From Octopus vulgaris (Eukaryota), in assembly GCA_951406725.2 (NCBI GenBank), contig OX597820.1:96038001-96102000 (forward strand): a stretch of DNA of 64,000 nt. The letters are read 5' to 3'. The notes beneath the pieces were generated by a model. The model did not search any database. It was given only the letters and a program-made list of their open reading frames with translations, and was not told the DNA's origin. A program made the position numbers and the translations under genes. Numbering within the stretch: the stretch's first letter is position 1; the number at the start of each line of letters is the position of its first letter. Below, in pieces: positions 14,655 through 27,844 of this stretch.

Positions 14655-14689
14655 GTTTAACGTTTCGAGCGGAGCTCTTCGTCGGAAAC
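14655..14689 (-). ncRNA. Minimal type I hammerhead ribozyme motif
   Basis: GTTT-CCGACGA-A-GAGC-TCC-GCTC-GAAAC-GTT-AAAC on the minus strand. Confidence 0.65.
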
Positions 14690-14754
14690 ATAGGAGAAGG
14701 AAAGCTCCAGAAAAGGGAAGAGAGAGAAAAAAAATCGCCAACGGTACACACGAG

Positions 14755-15080
14755 GTCCAAATCGACCCCGGGACTTATTCTTTGTAAGCCCAGTACTTAT
14801 TATATCGGTCGCTTTTACCGAACCGCTAAGTGATGGGGACATAAACACACCAGCATCGGTTGTCAAGCAATGCTAAGGGGACAATCACAGACACACAAAC
14901 ATACACACACACATATATATATATACATATATACGACAGGCTTCTTTCAGTTTCCGTCTACCAAATCCACTCACAAGGCTTTGGTCAGCCCGAGGCTATA
15001 GTAGAAGACACTTGCTCAAGGTGCCACGCAGTGGGACTGAACCCGGAACCATGTGGTTGGTAATCAAGCTACTTACCACA
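14755..15080 (-). mobile_element. SINE, family A
   Basis: Reverse complement of the 6760-7135 family. Confidence 0.85.
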
Positions 15081-15116
15081 AACACGCACATATACACATA
15101 TTTATGTATGTATGTA

Positions 15117-15167
<51 letters not shown>

Positions 15168-15603
15168 TGTTTGATGTGAGTCTTCGTCGTAGAACAACGA
15201 GGATTTAGTGGCGCGCTATACTGAATAAATGTGGGACTGAGTATTGCAAATACACGTGTACTCTTTGTGCAATTATTGGGCGCAATCAGTATGACACAGT
15301 AATTATGCAGCTGTCTCTTTTGACTTATACATACAATCCACCTGACGGGCTTCAGTACAGTTCCCGTTCACCCATTTTCCCACATAAAGCATGGATCGAC
15401 CCGGGGGTAAATAAAATGATACTTGCCCATAATACCATGCGACGGGATTGAACCCAGGACGTTGTGACTGCGAAGAGAAGCCCATACCCATGTAACTATT
15501 CTGTACCTGCATACGCATACATAAACACATACACACATACGCCTTCACTCATACATGCACATGCACGCTTCTCTCTCTCTCTCTCTCTCTCTTTTTCTCT
15601 TTC

Positions 15604-15667
<64 letters not shown>

Positions 15668-16324
15668 ATACACACACACATACACGCACACATATGGAAT
15701 AACATAATATATGTGTATAACGACAAACACAAAATCAAATATGCACAAATATTATACATCATATATATGTACAAAGATAAAGAAAATCAAACATACACAT
15801 ATATACCAGTAACTTAAAATTTCGAACAGAACCATATCCGAGAATTTTGTTATAATAAATCATAAACAATAATATTGTATGAATTCTTTTGACACTGACA
15901 TTACTCTCTCATGTTAAAGGTGAAGTCGTATATATAAATTTTTATTCAATGTGTCACTCCCTTTTCAGCAAGTAAAATTTCGAAGCTAACGAAACGTTTG
16001 AGATAGAGGCAAAGAATCAAATTTAGATTATATTCAGTCTGTAAGAGAAGCGCCTTGTCATATTTTACGAACATACATGACAAACATCAGACGATGTGGT
16101 TTAGGAAAACGACGTTTAATTTGTCGGACCATTATCTTTGTCAGTATATTATAATTTCTACTGAATTCTTTGCTTTATTTCATATAATTGCTTACGTTCT
16201 GTGTAAACAACACACGTGACGTAATCTTACATGTAGTCGAAAGCTAACTGACGCATGTTATTTAGACGTGTTGTTTACACATATCATAAGCTTGATGATA
16301 ATAATAACAATGATGATGATGATG

Positions 16325-16463
<139 letters not shown>

Positions 16464-17051
16464 TCAGATGGAATTTATGAACATTTAATGCATCGCTACG
16501 GGCGTCTCGACAAATCACATGTCTCTTAAGATCACAGACCATATTCCTGGTATGATAACAGTGTTTTCCGTAGTATCCATGAGCATCAGGTTGATCATTC
16601 TTCATGTATTCATTTCTTCGGGTGATACAACATTAGTGGATGTATAACAGAGGGATGCTTCTCTATTTTGACCGGTATGAAGGCTGAATGAGGTATATCG
16701 GTACAGCTCGATGCAACCTCAAAATACAGGTTCACTAATCACCATCATTAGACTGATGCCGGCATAATGGAATAGGTGCATTATTTGTATATTCAAGACA
16801 TTTCCTGTAGAAAAAATTAGAAGATATGAATGTATATGTGTTTGTGTGCGTGTGTATGTATGTGTGTACAACACAAATGGAGGTTCACTACAGCTTTTTC
16901 AAACGTGTTTTTTTTATTGATGAAGAAATCAATTACATCATGTAAAGAACCGTTTTCTTCGGGTGAACTATAATTAAAATAAAATTTAACATTTATGACT
17001 TTTCAACTTAAACATTTAGTTATAAAATGATGTCAAAATTTTCGCCGTATT

Positions 17052-17141
17052 TCGTCGCTCGAAACTGCAACTTGTTAACGGGCAAAAGATTGGATGTAGC
17101 AAAATTCTTTGTCGGGGAACAGGTTGCGTTTCGAGCAACGA
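17052..17141. mobile_element. Small inverted-repeat element (MITE-like)
   Basis: TCGTCGCTCGAAACTGCAAC ... GTTGCGTTTCGAGCAACGA form imperfect ~20-bp inverted ends. Confidence 0.5.
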
Positions 17142-17243
17142 CTATTTTGATACAATATTACAAATAGATGTATAAGTCAATAGTTTTCGTGGCTAACTGA
17201 TATATTTCATCCTGCAGTGGGTATATATATATATCTATCTATC

Positions 17244-17337
<94 letters not shown>

Positions 17338-17354
17338 TGTGTGTATGTGTGGTA

Positions 17355-17620
17355 GTAGAAGAAGAAGAAGAAGAAGAAGAAGAAAAAGAAAAAGAAGAAA
17401 AAAGAAGAAAAAGAAGAAAAAAGAAGAAGAAGAAGAAGAAGAAGAAGAAGAAGAAGAAGAAGAAGAAGAAGAAAGAAGATGAAGAAGAAGAAGGAAAAGA
17501 AAAAAGAAGAAGAAGAAGAAGAAGAAGAAGAAGAAGAAGAAGAAGAAGAAGAAGAAGAAGAAGAAGAAAGAAGAAATAAGATGAAGAAGGAGAAAAATAA
17601 GGAAGAAAGAAGGCGAAGAA
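17355..17620. repeat. (GAA)n microsatellite
   Basis: Seen directly. Confidence 0.95.
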
Positions 17621-17857
17621 AAAAGGGAAATATAAATAATTGAAATAAAAATAAAAATAAATATAATAAAGATAAAGATAAAGATAAGAATAAAAATAAG
17701 ACTACTAGTAACTGAGAACAGAAGAGGAAGGAGAGTTAAGTCCATCAAGAATAAAGAAATGGAATATTTTGGAGTGGTCAATATTGTTGTGACTTGTCAA
17801 AAGATGATTTGAGGTCACCTATTCTATTCAGTTCTCACACATGGATTGCTATATATT

Positions 17858-17927
<70 letters not shown>

Positions 17928-18213
17928 AACATATATATATATATATACATACATATACTAACATACGTACACGCCTCTTAACCCTTAAATCATTGCATGT
18001 ACACACACATATATTCATACACACATACATACGCATATATATATAAATATATACACGCACACACATATATATAAGCATATATGTACACATACACATACAT
18101 ATACATATATATACACACACATATATATACACATATCAACATACAGACATAGATATACGTATATAAATATACACACACATGTACATATATATACACATAT
18201 ATACATTCAGATA

Positions 18214-18247
<34 letters not shown>

Positions 18248-18344
18248 CTCAGACCTACATATATACACAGACTTACATCCGTGCACATGCATACATACAT
18301 GCATGCATCCCACACACACATATATATTTGGGCTATGACTTTTT

Positions 18345-20460
18345 CACAACCTAATAATCCTATACTGTAATTCGATGAATAATTTCATAAAAGTCGGGAA
18401 ACTAACATTTACTATGCTTTATTTTTAAAAATATTACCAAACTTAAAAACTTAAGTTAACTTAACTTTAAAAAAAAGTACCTAGCTTAAGAAATCGATCA
18501 CCACTTTTGATCCAAATCATGCAAAATTCTAGTGGCGGTGTGTCATAACGCCTGCTCAAGTTTTTTTTTTAATAAATTTGGTGTGCTGACTCAATGCAAT
18601 GCAGAAATAGTATATCTGAAATTTCAGCTTACTAGTTGAAGCAGTTTCGGCGTTATGGGTTTTTAAAACTATAATCACTAAATGGCGCTAGATTCACACT
18701 CTAATCCTTGTAAACGCAAAAGAGATGTGGAATAAAGTGTATTTATACATTTTAGAGATTACTGAATTGAAGACAGTGGCTCCTACAAGCATTCGATAAC
18801 ATACAAAATTTAAAGCAATACATATTTTTAACTTTATAGGTTTAATTCTAATTTTAAATTTCTGTATAAGAAAAAGGGTACTGAATGTTAACAAATAATT
18901 AATATGATTTGTTAGATAAAATAAATCGAAGCTGAAGTTTCTCCTTTTTACAAGCATCATAAATATCGTGAAGGCACCGTTCTGTGATTGCCCGTTCTGT
19001 ACTCTGATTTGTTCTAGTAATTTCCAGTTTTTATGGTTCTGGACTTCAAAAAAGTTAAATGCTTTTTTATGAACTTGTGGGCTACCACATAACTTCTGAT
19101 AATCAGGTGCAATGAACATTTGGTCAGTAAACCTAAAATCTACCCTATGAATCGAGAAACATTGAGAAGCAAAACTCATTTCTCTGGTAGCAGAATAAAT
19201 GCCAAAAGAGTTAGTATTGCTCGAGAATTCCATCTTGCATTACTTAAGTTGAGTATTTTTTGAAACTTTATAGTTGGAAATTTGCCGGCTTCTTCAAATG
19301 AAATAGAAATTTCATATCATCTCGCCATTCTGCTGATTCAGGAATCTTTTCTTCGCCATTGTTGAAATTAGCCTGGAGTTTCTTGTAATTATTTAGAAGC
19401 TCTGGGATGAATGTATATTCAGTACTGGGTGATTACTTTTTTTGTACAAGTTCGTTAACCGTTACAACACGAAGAACTCTATTAAGGATATGATGCTGAC
19501 AACAAATAAATTGCGGTTCTTTTTAACCCTTTTGAGCAAACAGTCTTAGCAACTGTATGACAATACCATGTCTTTTCCCAGTGTTCACATTCGTATCAGC
19601 GACAATCATCTTTACACAGTTCCATAATTTGTATTCATCTAAAACAGCTGTTGTTCCTTTCACAACAGTATCGGCTTTTCCTTTTGGTAATTGGAATGCT
19701 TCTAACATATCTCCTATCCATTCGTTCTTTAAAACTAGCACTTGGTATTCATGATCATCAATACCATCAAAATGCAATGACCAATTCTCTAAATGTAGTG
19801 TTTTCTACATTTTCTTTTTTAGTTTGACAGCTTCTTTGATACTCGATCTGTTAATACCAGATTGGGAAAGAATCTCGATATTGATTCCATCTTGCGATTA
19901 TTGTCGACAAACTGTTGCTGCTTTTTTGGTTGATAAGTTGAAAGATATTACTAACTTTGTTGCAGTTCCAGTTTTGCTATACTTCTTCCTTGTTTCTGTG
20001 TATATTCCTCATCTGATTTTTCGGACTCTTGATATTCACATTCTCTCTCTGCTTCAGACGTTGACGATGACACTGGAGTTGCTCTGGTTGAAGTTGGCAT
20101 TAAAGACCCTTTTTTATTCTTTTGAATTGATAGTCTTGGAACTAGCTGCCTTTCCAGATCCATACCTAACCTGTCCCTTGCTATCAATTTTGAAGATATA
20201 ACCTTCTTTCCTCACTGCGCAGTCATTCACGGTTTTCCTTTGTGATCTCAAAAATTCCTTTCAATGAATCGTATTTTCCCCGTTTTACACATTTATCGTA
20301 GGTATTCAGCACTTTTTCTACTTTTGCTGGTATATTTTGAATTGATACATATGGGAAATTTCAAGACTCACAAAGGTTATTTTCCCTACCTATATGAAAT
20401 TGTTCATCGACTTTTGATACAGGAAATTGTTTACTTCCAACGAAATCCAAAAAGTCAGTA
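18345..20460 (-). mobile_element. Degenerate DDE DNA transposon, hAT-superfamily-like (hATm-type motifs)
   Basis: HFDG ... VKMIVADTNVNTGKRHG ... (stop) KEPQFICCQHHILNRVLR supplies two catalytic Asp and a CxxH motif. Multiple stops and frameshifts; ends are approximate. Confidence 0.7.
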
Positions 20461-20467
20461 CCCATAT

Positions 20468-20502
<35 letters not shown>

Positions 20503-20528
20503 ACACATACTCACACATACACACACAA

Positions 20529-20563
<35 letters not shown>

Positions 20564-21262
20564 TTAGGGTTATGATTTTGATTTTATTGGCAGAAAACAA
20601 TTTCCTATATCAAAAGTGAATCGCGGGTTCTTAGATCTATAGCGATGATATTGGTTTTAACGTATTTGTTATCTTCTAATTTTTGTTTATGTCATGTCTG
20701 TATTAGAAGCAATAATCTTTAAACAGTTATATAACGTAACACATCTAAGACATTGCTTAAAGGAACTCTATATCCAATTATAAAGAAAGATACACTTTCT
20801 AATCTAGCTCAATATTTAATTATTGATATATGGGTCTTGAGCAGAATATTTAACGGAAAAAAGTCCTAGGCAAATGAACCGCAATTATGTGTCATTCAAT
20901 ATTTATAATTATCTTCATAGAAACCGGTTTATCTCAAGGGCATCCACTATTAGGAAGGTAAGAAATTTATTTATCATTAAAGCTTCTATCTAAAACAAGG
21001 TGAGATCGAATATCGAACGAAAATTGCTGGTAATAAAAATCCGTTTGATGTAGTAGACGCACGTGAAATAAGTCAAGCAGGGTCTGAAAGATAAGGGAGT
21101 GACTGTAACTCAGTGCGAAACAAAATATCGCGAAGTACTTTGAACAAAATACACCAGCGTTTCGAAGTTTTTGCTGATGTTTGCTTTTCTTAAAGATTAA
21201 CATCAATAAAAGTGACATATGAACAAATGTACTCATACTTACACACATGCATATATATATAA

Positions 21263-21301
<39 letters not shown>

Positions 21302-21359
21302 TATACATAGGTATATATATATATATAAACCTATACATATATATGTATGTACATATAAG

Positions 21360-21430
<71 letters not shown>

Positions 21431-21442
21431 AAATATAAATTC

Positions 21443-22139
21443 ATAGAATGGTTGTATACTGCCAATCTAACACGGACGTGACAGTAGGGGTGTACACCAC
21501 CGCTGTATAGCCCTAGGAAGCATCGACGCCTCCTGATGGCTTTGACGCATTTTTCCCTGTGTCCTTATATACATTTACGAAGGGGAGACAAACACCCCGG
21601 CCGCCGGAGCTGCATCTAGGGACACGTGTTTCAGGATCATTGTCCTTCATCGGCCTAGAGTAGCAGACACCGGTCAGCTGGCGATATTTGTCTCGACTTC
21701 GTATTGTATATATCTATAATTCAGTGAAGTTTATTCACTGATTATCAAAATAAGAAATACTAAATTTCTAAATCTCTCGTAGAGACATGTACGGTAGTGG
21801 GGCGATAGAATGGTTGTATACTGTCAATCTAACAGGAACGTGACAGTAGGGGGGTACACCACCGCTGTATAGCCCTAGGAAGCATCGACGCCTCCTGATG
21901 GCTTTGACACATTTTTCCCTGCGTCGATGCTTCCTAGGGCTATACAGCGGTGGTGTACCCCCCTACTGTCACGTTTGTGTTAGATTGACAGTATACAACC
22001 ATTCTATCGCCCCACCACCGTACATGTCTCTACGAGAGATTTAGGAAATTTAGTATTTCTTATTTTGATAATCAGTGAATAGACTTCACTGAATTATTGA
22101 TATATACAATATGAAGTCGAGACAAATATCGCCAGCTGA
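21443..22139 (-). mobile_element. Retrozyme-like or Penelope pLTR-like unit: 362-bp monomer, 117-bp partial tandem copy and ~218-bp inverted copy
   Basis: 21443-21559 repeats at 21805-21921. 21674-21891 is inverted at 21921-22139. Contains the HHR at 21615-21659. Confidence 0.8.
21615..21659 (-). ncRNA. Type I hammerhead ribozyme motif
   Basis: TCTAGG-CCGATGA-AGGA-CAATGA-TCCT-GAAAC-AC-GT-GTC^CCTAGA: 6-bp helix I, 4-bp helix II, palindromic helix III ACACGTGT, GUC cleavage triplet, U4C core variant. Confidence 0.8.
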
Positions 22140-22366
22140 TAAAATTCGAGATAATTTCGAAGATAATGAATTTTTAAAACAATAGCATTATCTGCTTTTG
22201 ACTTAAGAAATTCTGCACTGCTCAGGAATATTTTTATGTAAGGTTTTAAGCTAAACGACTTAGTTTTCAGCGGCTACGAATTTTTAGACATAAAGGTTTA
22301 AAGGTCTCTTCCTCTCTCTTTCTCTATTTCTCTCTCTCTTTCTCTGTATGTGTATGTATATATACA

Positions 22367-22402
<36 letters not shown>

Positions 22403-22509
22403 CGGACAGGGAGAGAAAGAGAAAGTGAGAGTGACAGAGAGGGGGAGGAGAGAGAAGAGAGAGTTATTGGTATAGGTACATGTTCTCTAGATTTATATGG
22501 GCATAAACG

Positions 22510-22546
<37 letters not shown>

Positions 22547-22637
22547 TATATGATATATTATTTATAGATATAAATGTATGCCATATATATGTATATGAAG
22601 TTGAAATATACATATTTATATGTAGATTGATATCTTG

Positions 22638-22751
<114 letters not shown>

Positions 22752-23069
22752 TGCATAGATTTGTATAGGTATAAATTATTGATCATATTTAAGCAAGAGT
22801 ATAGGAAGAAAGAAATTATGCAAGTCAGCAGATGGTGGTAATGTAGAAAACGATGAATATGTAAAGCAAGAAGTGACAAACTATCAGAAAGTGTATGTCT
22901 TCCGTGATGCTCATATCAGATACCACCACTTTTCTGTTACCGTATGTAATCTCTGCCAACAATGCATGTTCTTGTATGTTTTTAATTATTTGAATTCTTC
23001 CACTGAAGAAGAAGATTGCTTCTAACAAACTGACGAAGCTTCATCGCTGGAATACAAATAACAAAACTA

Positions 23070-23795
23070 ATGTCATATTTTAAGCTTGAGGAGAGTTTTG
23101 CTCATGTTTACTGTACCACATACAAATAGCATTTGTAATGTGCGAGTTATTTGGTTGATTTCTTTTTCTGAAAATCCAAGTTCATCTAAATTGTCGCTTA
23201 GGCTTTTACTCACAAAACCAAGTGCATCAATCATTATTTGTTATAAATGTGAATTAGTAATCTGGATATCGAAACGGGAGGTTTCGAAGCAGTTATCGAT
23301 AATTATCCTCTTTCTTTTGATTTTTAAAGAGATATTCACATCAGCAGGACAGCTAGTCTACATGACGATATATACTCTATATACTCTTTCTTGTTCCCAA
23401 ACAACAATGTTTAGCCTGTTATGGTAACACTTGGCAAATATTTTGATTGGACCATTCCACAAGTATTCCTTGTATTAAAGATTGTGTATGTATTCACTAA
23501 CAATGAGATTCTCTATATTGATTTCCCGACAGTAATTTTTCCGAATGGTATTGTGTATTGTTCTTACATCAAAGTCGTATCGTATAGGGTGGTCGAACAT
23601 TGATGTCATTTTTGGACATCTGATAATCACATGTATAATGTCTTCCACAGAAATATGACTTAACCTACATTTTCGGTTGCATCTTGGTGCTCCAAGGGCT
23701 TCACTGCATTTTTGTTTATTAGGCATCTCGTAGCAATCTCCAGTTCTTGGATTACAAACGCATAGCCTTCGGAGTTTGTATGTATATTTATGTGA
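23070..23795 (-). mobile_element. REL-endonuclease non-LTR element remnant (R4/NeSL-like)
   Basis: CRLSHISVEDIIHVIIRCPKM ... PIRYD (decayed CCHC knuckle and RHD), and C-terminal IDALGFVSKSL ... LGFSEKEINQITRTLQ ... GTVNMSKTLL. Confidence 0.7.
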
Positions 23796-23796
23796 A

Positions 23797-24070
23797 GGCA
23801 CGTAACCTAGTCATTTGCGATTTGTCCTCAGCGTCGCAACATTCTGGCTTTGATACCAAAATCGAGCAGTGCTTTTGTGTTCTTGAGCAAAACATTTCAT
23901 TTCAGGTTGCTCACGATCACTTCGACATTTAAAGAGTCGGACACCTTGCAACCGTAGAGGCAATATCAATTTGGTCTAGGAAGTGGGTTAAAGTACATCA
24001 GAAAGTTTTGTTTATTATAAACAAATCATCCGTTCAGGTTGTTCTACCATCACTCACTTATTACGGAAGA
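23797..24070 (+). mobile_element. Degenerate tRNA-derived SINE
   Basis: GGCACGTAACCTAGT head and TTCTTGAGCAAAACA core; similar to 34828-35100. Confidence 0.6.
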
Positions 24071-24960
24071 GCCATCGTATGTATGTCCACTATGTATGTA
24101 TATCCACTATGGATGTGTGTACATATATACTCATACCTCATAATTAACATAGTTGCTGCTATAGGTGAGTAGCTGTTATCTCTAGCAGTCGAGCGTCCAT
24201 CACCGATAAGACCAAGGAAGGCGGAAATCACTTGACATAGTAGTCTCAGTGCTGGACTTGGTGGGGATCTATCTCCCAGCTATAATATAAACAAGCCTAG
24301 TTGACAGCTTCTCTCGTGGTATCTATCGCAGTATAGTTCATATTAATTTTAAGTGAGAATAATTTTACATAGTGTTTATGTATTGAAAGCAGTATATTAT
24401 TAAGTCGGTAAATTCTACTGTTGACTTCAGATACTTTAAAGCCTATTGTGGTAATAGCTTGGGCAAGGAAGGGACTCGATACGACTGGATTTCCTCTGTT
24501 TATGCAGCTGCAAATGAAGAAGAAATATTTAACTGGGTTTCAATGGATATTATAGGACTTGCTATAAGTATTCAATATTTCAAATGGACATAAGGACATC
24601 ATTGCAGTCTTGTGTTCGACAAGACAACCAGTGAGAAAATTTGGAAAACAGTCAGCTGTCTAGATAAAATGGAATCAAGTATTTAAAGCCAACCTAGGAA
24701 AAACTGATATATGTCAATAAGAAAATATTTACATTTTCTCTTGAGCCATGCTTCGTGTCAGAGATATAGGCGTTGTACGCGTAGATGTGATTTTCACAAT
24801 CGTATAGTAATTCAAGAAATTCATAACATAAAACACAATAAAAAGGGAAGGAGAAACAGACAGGAGTGAATTACAATTTACGATTACCTTCCAGCTATCA
24901 ATGTACATATATATATATATACATTCGTTAGAAAATCAGAGATTTATGTATTTACATCAC

Positions 24961-25011
<51 letters not shown>

Positions 25012-25369
25012 ATCCATCTAGCTATCTCTCACACTCTCTCACCCTCCCTCTTTCCCTCCTCCACTTTCTCTCTCCTTCTCTTCCCACTCTCTCTTTCTCT
25101 ATACATATAGATACATACATATAAATCTCTTGATTCACAAGAAGCGATAAATTACAGGATTAAATGCAATTGCAGGGTATTTTCGAATACATTATAACTG
25201 AATGGATCCAATTTCTAGTACTTAGAGTTGTTCGTTTCTGATTCATTAGCTGATAAACCGAGTCTGCTTTTTTTCTTCTTTTTGTTTTTTGGAATACACG
25301 TAGTCAAGAAACATTTTTGAAATATGAAATGAAAGTTTGAAGGAAATGCTTATACTTATGTTCTTTTGT

Positions 25370-26545
25370 TTAAGCTACCCTTCCAGTAAGTCACCTTCAT
25401 GATTGATATCTAGTATGGTTAAATTGTTCCGATAGATGATCCCCTTGCAAATGTGCCCTCGTATTTGTAGAAAGATTTAACACTTTGATATGTTTCCATA
25501 AAATAGAAGATTTCAAGCATGCTTTCAATTCATCCGCCTTTATTCCCTTGGGAATCACTGGCAAAGTTTATCTGAAATCTCTTGAAAGTACTACTCTCAT
25601 ACCTTGCATAAATAATTAGAATTGCGTAAATCCTGCAGCATTCTGTTAACAGATTCTATTGATTTCTTATGGGACATTGTAGCTTCGCTCCATATGATCA
25701 AAGAACATTTTATGAGAACTTGAGTTAAAGAGCAGACAGGTTCATCATTTGAAGTTATATTGAATGCTGTGTAAGCTGTTCGACTCCCTGGGAATAAAGT
25801 CGCAGCAATTCCAGAGCTCACTACAACTAAGGCTATTTCGTTTCCAGCCGGACTTTGGCTAGCACTGAATTTATAACAAAAAATTTTCCTGTTCCTACTG
25901 GCGCGTCTAAAAAATATAATCCTCCTCTTTTATGTGTCACCTGGTCGATGATTGTTGTATATGCAAGTTGTTCGTCTGGCAAAAGTTTCGGGACAATTTC
26001 TTCAAGGAATCTTGTTAATGAGTCAATATCATATGAAGTTCCTCGCAAAACGTTTATGATCACATTATTCACCTCATTTCGATGAGTTTCAGGTAAGCCA
26101 AACTTGCTGAGCTCCTCCCCTCCCTTTGAGACAACTCGATCTTCAATATCAACCAATGCAGAATGATATGTCATCGTTGAATGCTATTTCCCTCTCGGGG
26201 AATCTTAATTGTGCCTGATATTTGTAGTCTTCTGATAAATCATTCTTAAATTTGTGCCACAACGCTAATGGATTACTTACTTCACAATTCAGGAGAATAT
26301 TTGCAAAACGATTTCTCAAAGAAATAGATGTGCATGAGACAGAAGCCTCAGCCATTGTACCGATTGTCATCAGGCTTCTCTATCAATCGTTCTTAGGAAG
26401 GAGAAGGAAGTAGGACCTTTTGTTTCATGAAGAAGCAGCCTCAAAAACAAACATGCAGTGACTCGGTTGCACAGTAAACTCTTCCGATTGTCGAGTCAAA
26501 TAATTTTATACTGGGATGACCCTCAGCACCAGGTCATCTCTTTCT
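25370..26545 (-). mobile_element. Helitron RepHel (PIF1-like helicase) remnant
   Basis: YFLDAPVGTGK (Walker A), SSGIAATLFPGSRTA, IIWSEATM, VNRMLQDLR and LPVIPKG motifs spread across broken frames. Confidence 0.9.
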
Positions 26546-27572
26546 TATATCAATATAAAGTAATAGAGCGCACACATACATAACGGCACATGCTATTATG
26601 TATTTTGTTATATTACACATATGGCATACCTACAGGAGAGTGCCCCAACGAATTTGTTTCTTCCTATGTTTAGGGAAAATGGGTATTTTCAAATGAAAAG
26701 TTGTACAAATATGCTGAAGTGAGGTAGGGAAATGTCACCTGATCTCGTGAATTCTGATGTGGAATACGTGAAACAAGGGGAAAATGTTGGAGTGAAATCT
26801 AAGTTATAGTTTCTATTCTAAAGGTAGGCACAGAATAAAACGAAACTGATCTTCTACGGTTTATATTGTGAAGGTGCGCAGTGAAAAAAAAAGAAAACTG
26901 ATCTTCTTCAGATATAAAAATAGGACGGATGTAAAATAATACTTATTAAGTAATACTTAAAGCAATACGAAGTACTGGAGCTTATTACAGTCATGTTTAC
27001 CTGGTGAAAAAGGAGGTTCGGAGGTTCGCTAGAGGCTCGGGACCACCTCCATTGTCTTGGTCGTGAAATTTTACTAGAAAGAATTAGCTTTTAGTTTAAT
27101 ATCGACTCTGTAATTTTTCTTCCTATAGGCACACAGACACACACACACACACAATCACATCCATTTTCAATATAGACGTGTGGGGGGTGGTATGTGTGTG
27201 TGTAAGTCTGTTCATATATATGTACATATGCATGTATATGTACACAAACATGCACACATACATACACAGACGTATATATATATATAACTAATTTAGAGAC
27301 GAACCACCATTCCACAACTCAGTCAATGAAGAACTCGTCCAAAACCATGTTTGAGACATATACCATGCAAAATACTAATTTAAAATTTTAATCATGAACA
27401 GTAAGATCATTACAATTATATAAAATATAAGAGCAAATACTTTTTAAATCACTGCGAATACCATACAAAGAAACATTCATCAGAAAAATATTAATCTAAA
27501 ATCAAATAAAGTATAAATTGAATAATAAAAATTAATAAAATAATATTATGTATAAAAGTAAGTACTTGTACG

Positions 27573-27693
27573 TCGACCACGCGCGTTTCATGGCTGAATT
27601 AGAACTATATAAAAGCATATAAGAAAACCATGTCCAAGTTCATTAGAACGGGGAAATGATTTTACTCCCAAAAGCAGTCACTCCTCAGGTCAA
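27573..27693 (-). ncRNA. Hammerhead-like motif with enlarged helix II
   Basis: TTGAC-CTGAGGA-GTGACTG-(78 nt)-CAGCCAT-GAAAC-GCGC-GTG-GTCGA. Helix III palindrome ACGCGCGT; position 17 is G, which is non-canonical. Confidence 0.6.
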
Positions 27694-27813
27694 ATATAAC
27701 AAGGCAGCCAACAGTAGTGAGACACCTTTATCGATGTACCTGATGAACCCCAGACTGAATCCATCACCTGTTAATTAACATTATATACATACATACATAC
27801 ATACATACATACA

Positions 27814-27844
<31 letters not shown>

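Noticed and set aside
20967-21100. Minus-strand acceptor-like site CTTATCTTTCAG with a short open frame
   Set aside because: No LRR consensus, a stop in the required phase and no good donor.
27739-27765. Plus-strand CTGATGA motif
   Set aside because: No GAAA or paired helices follow; likely a chance 7-mer.
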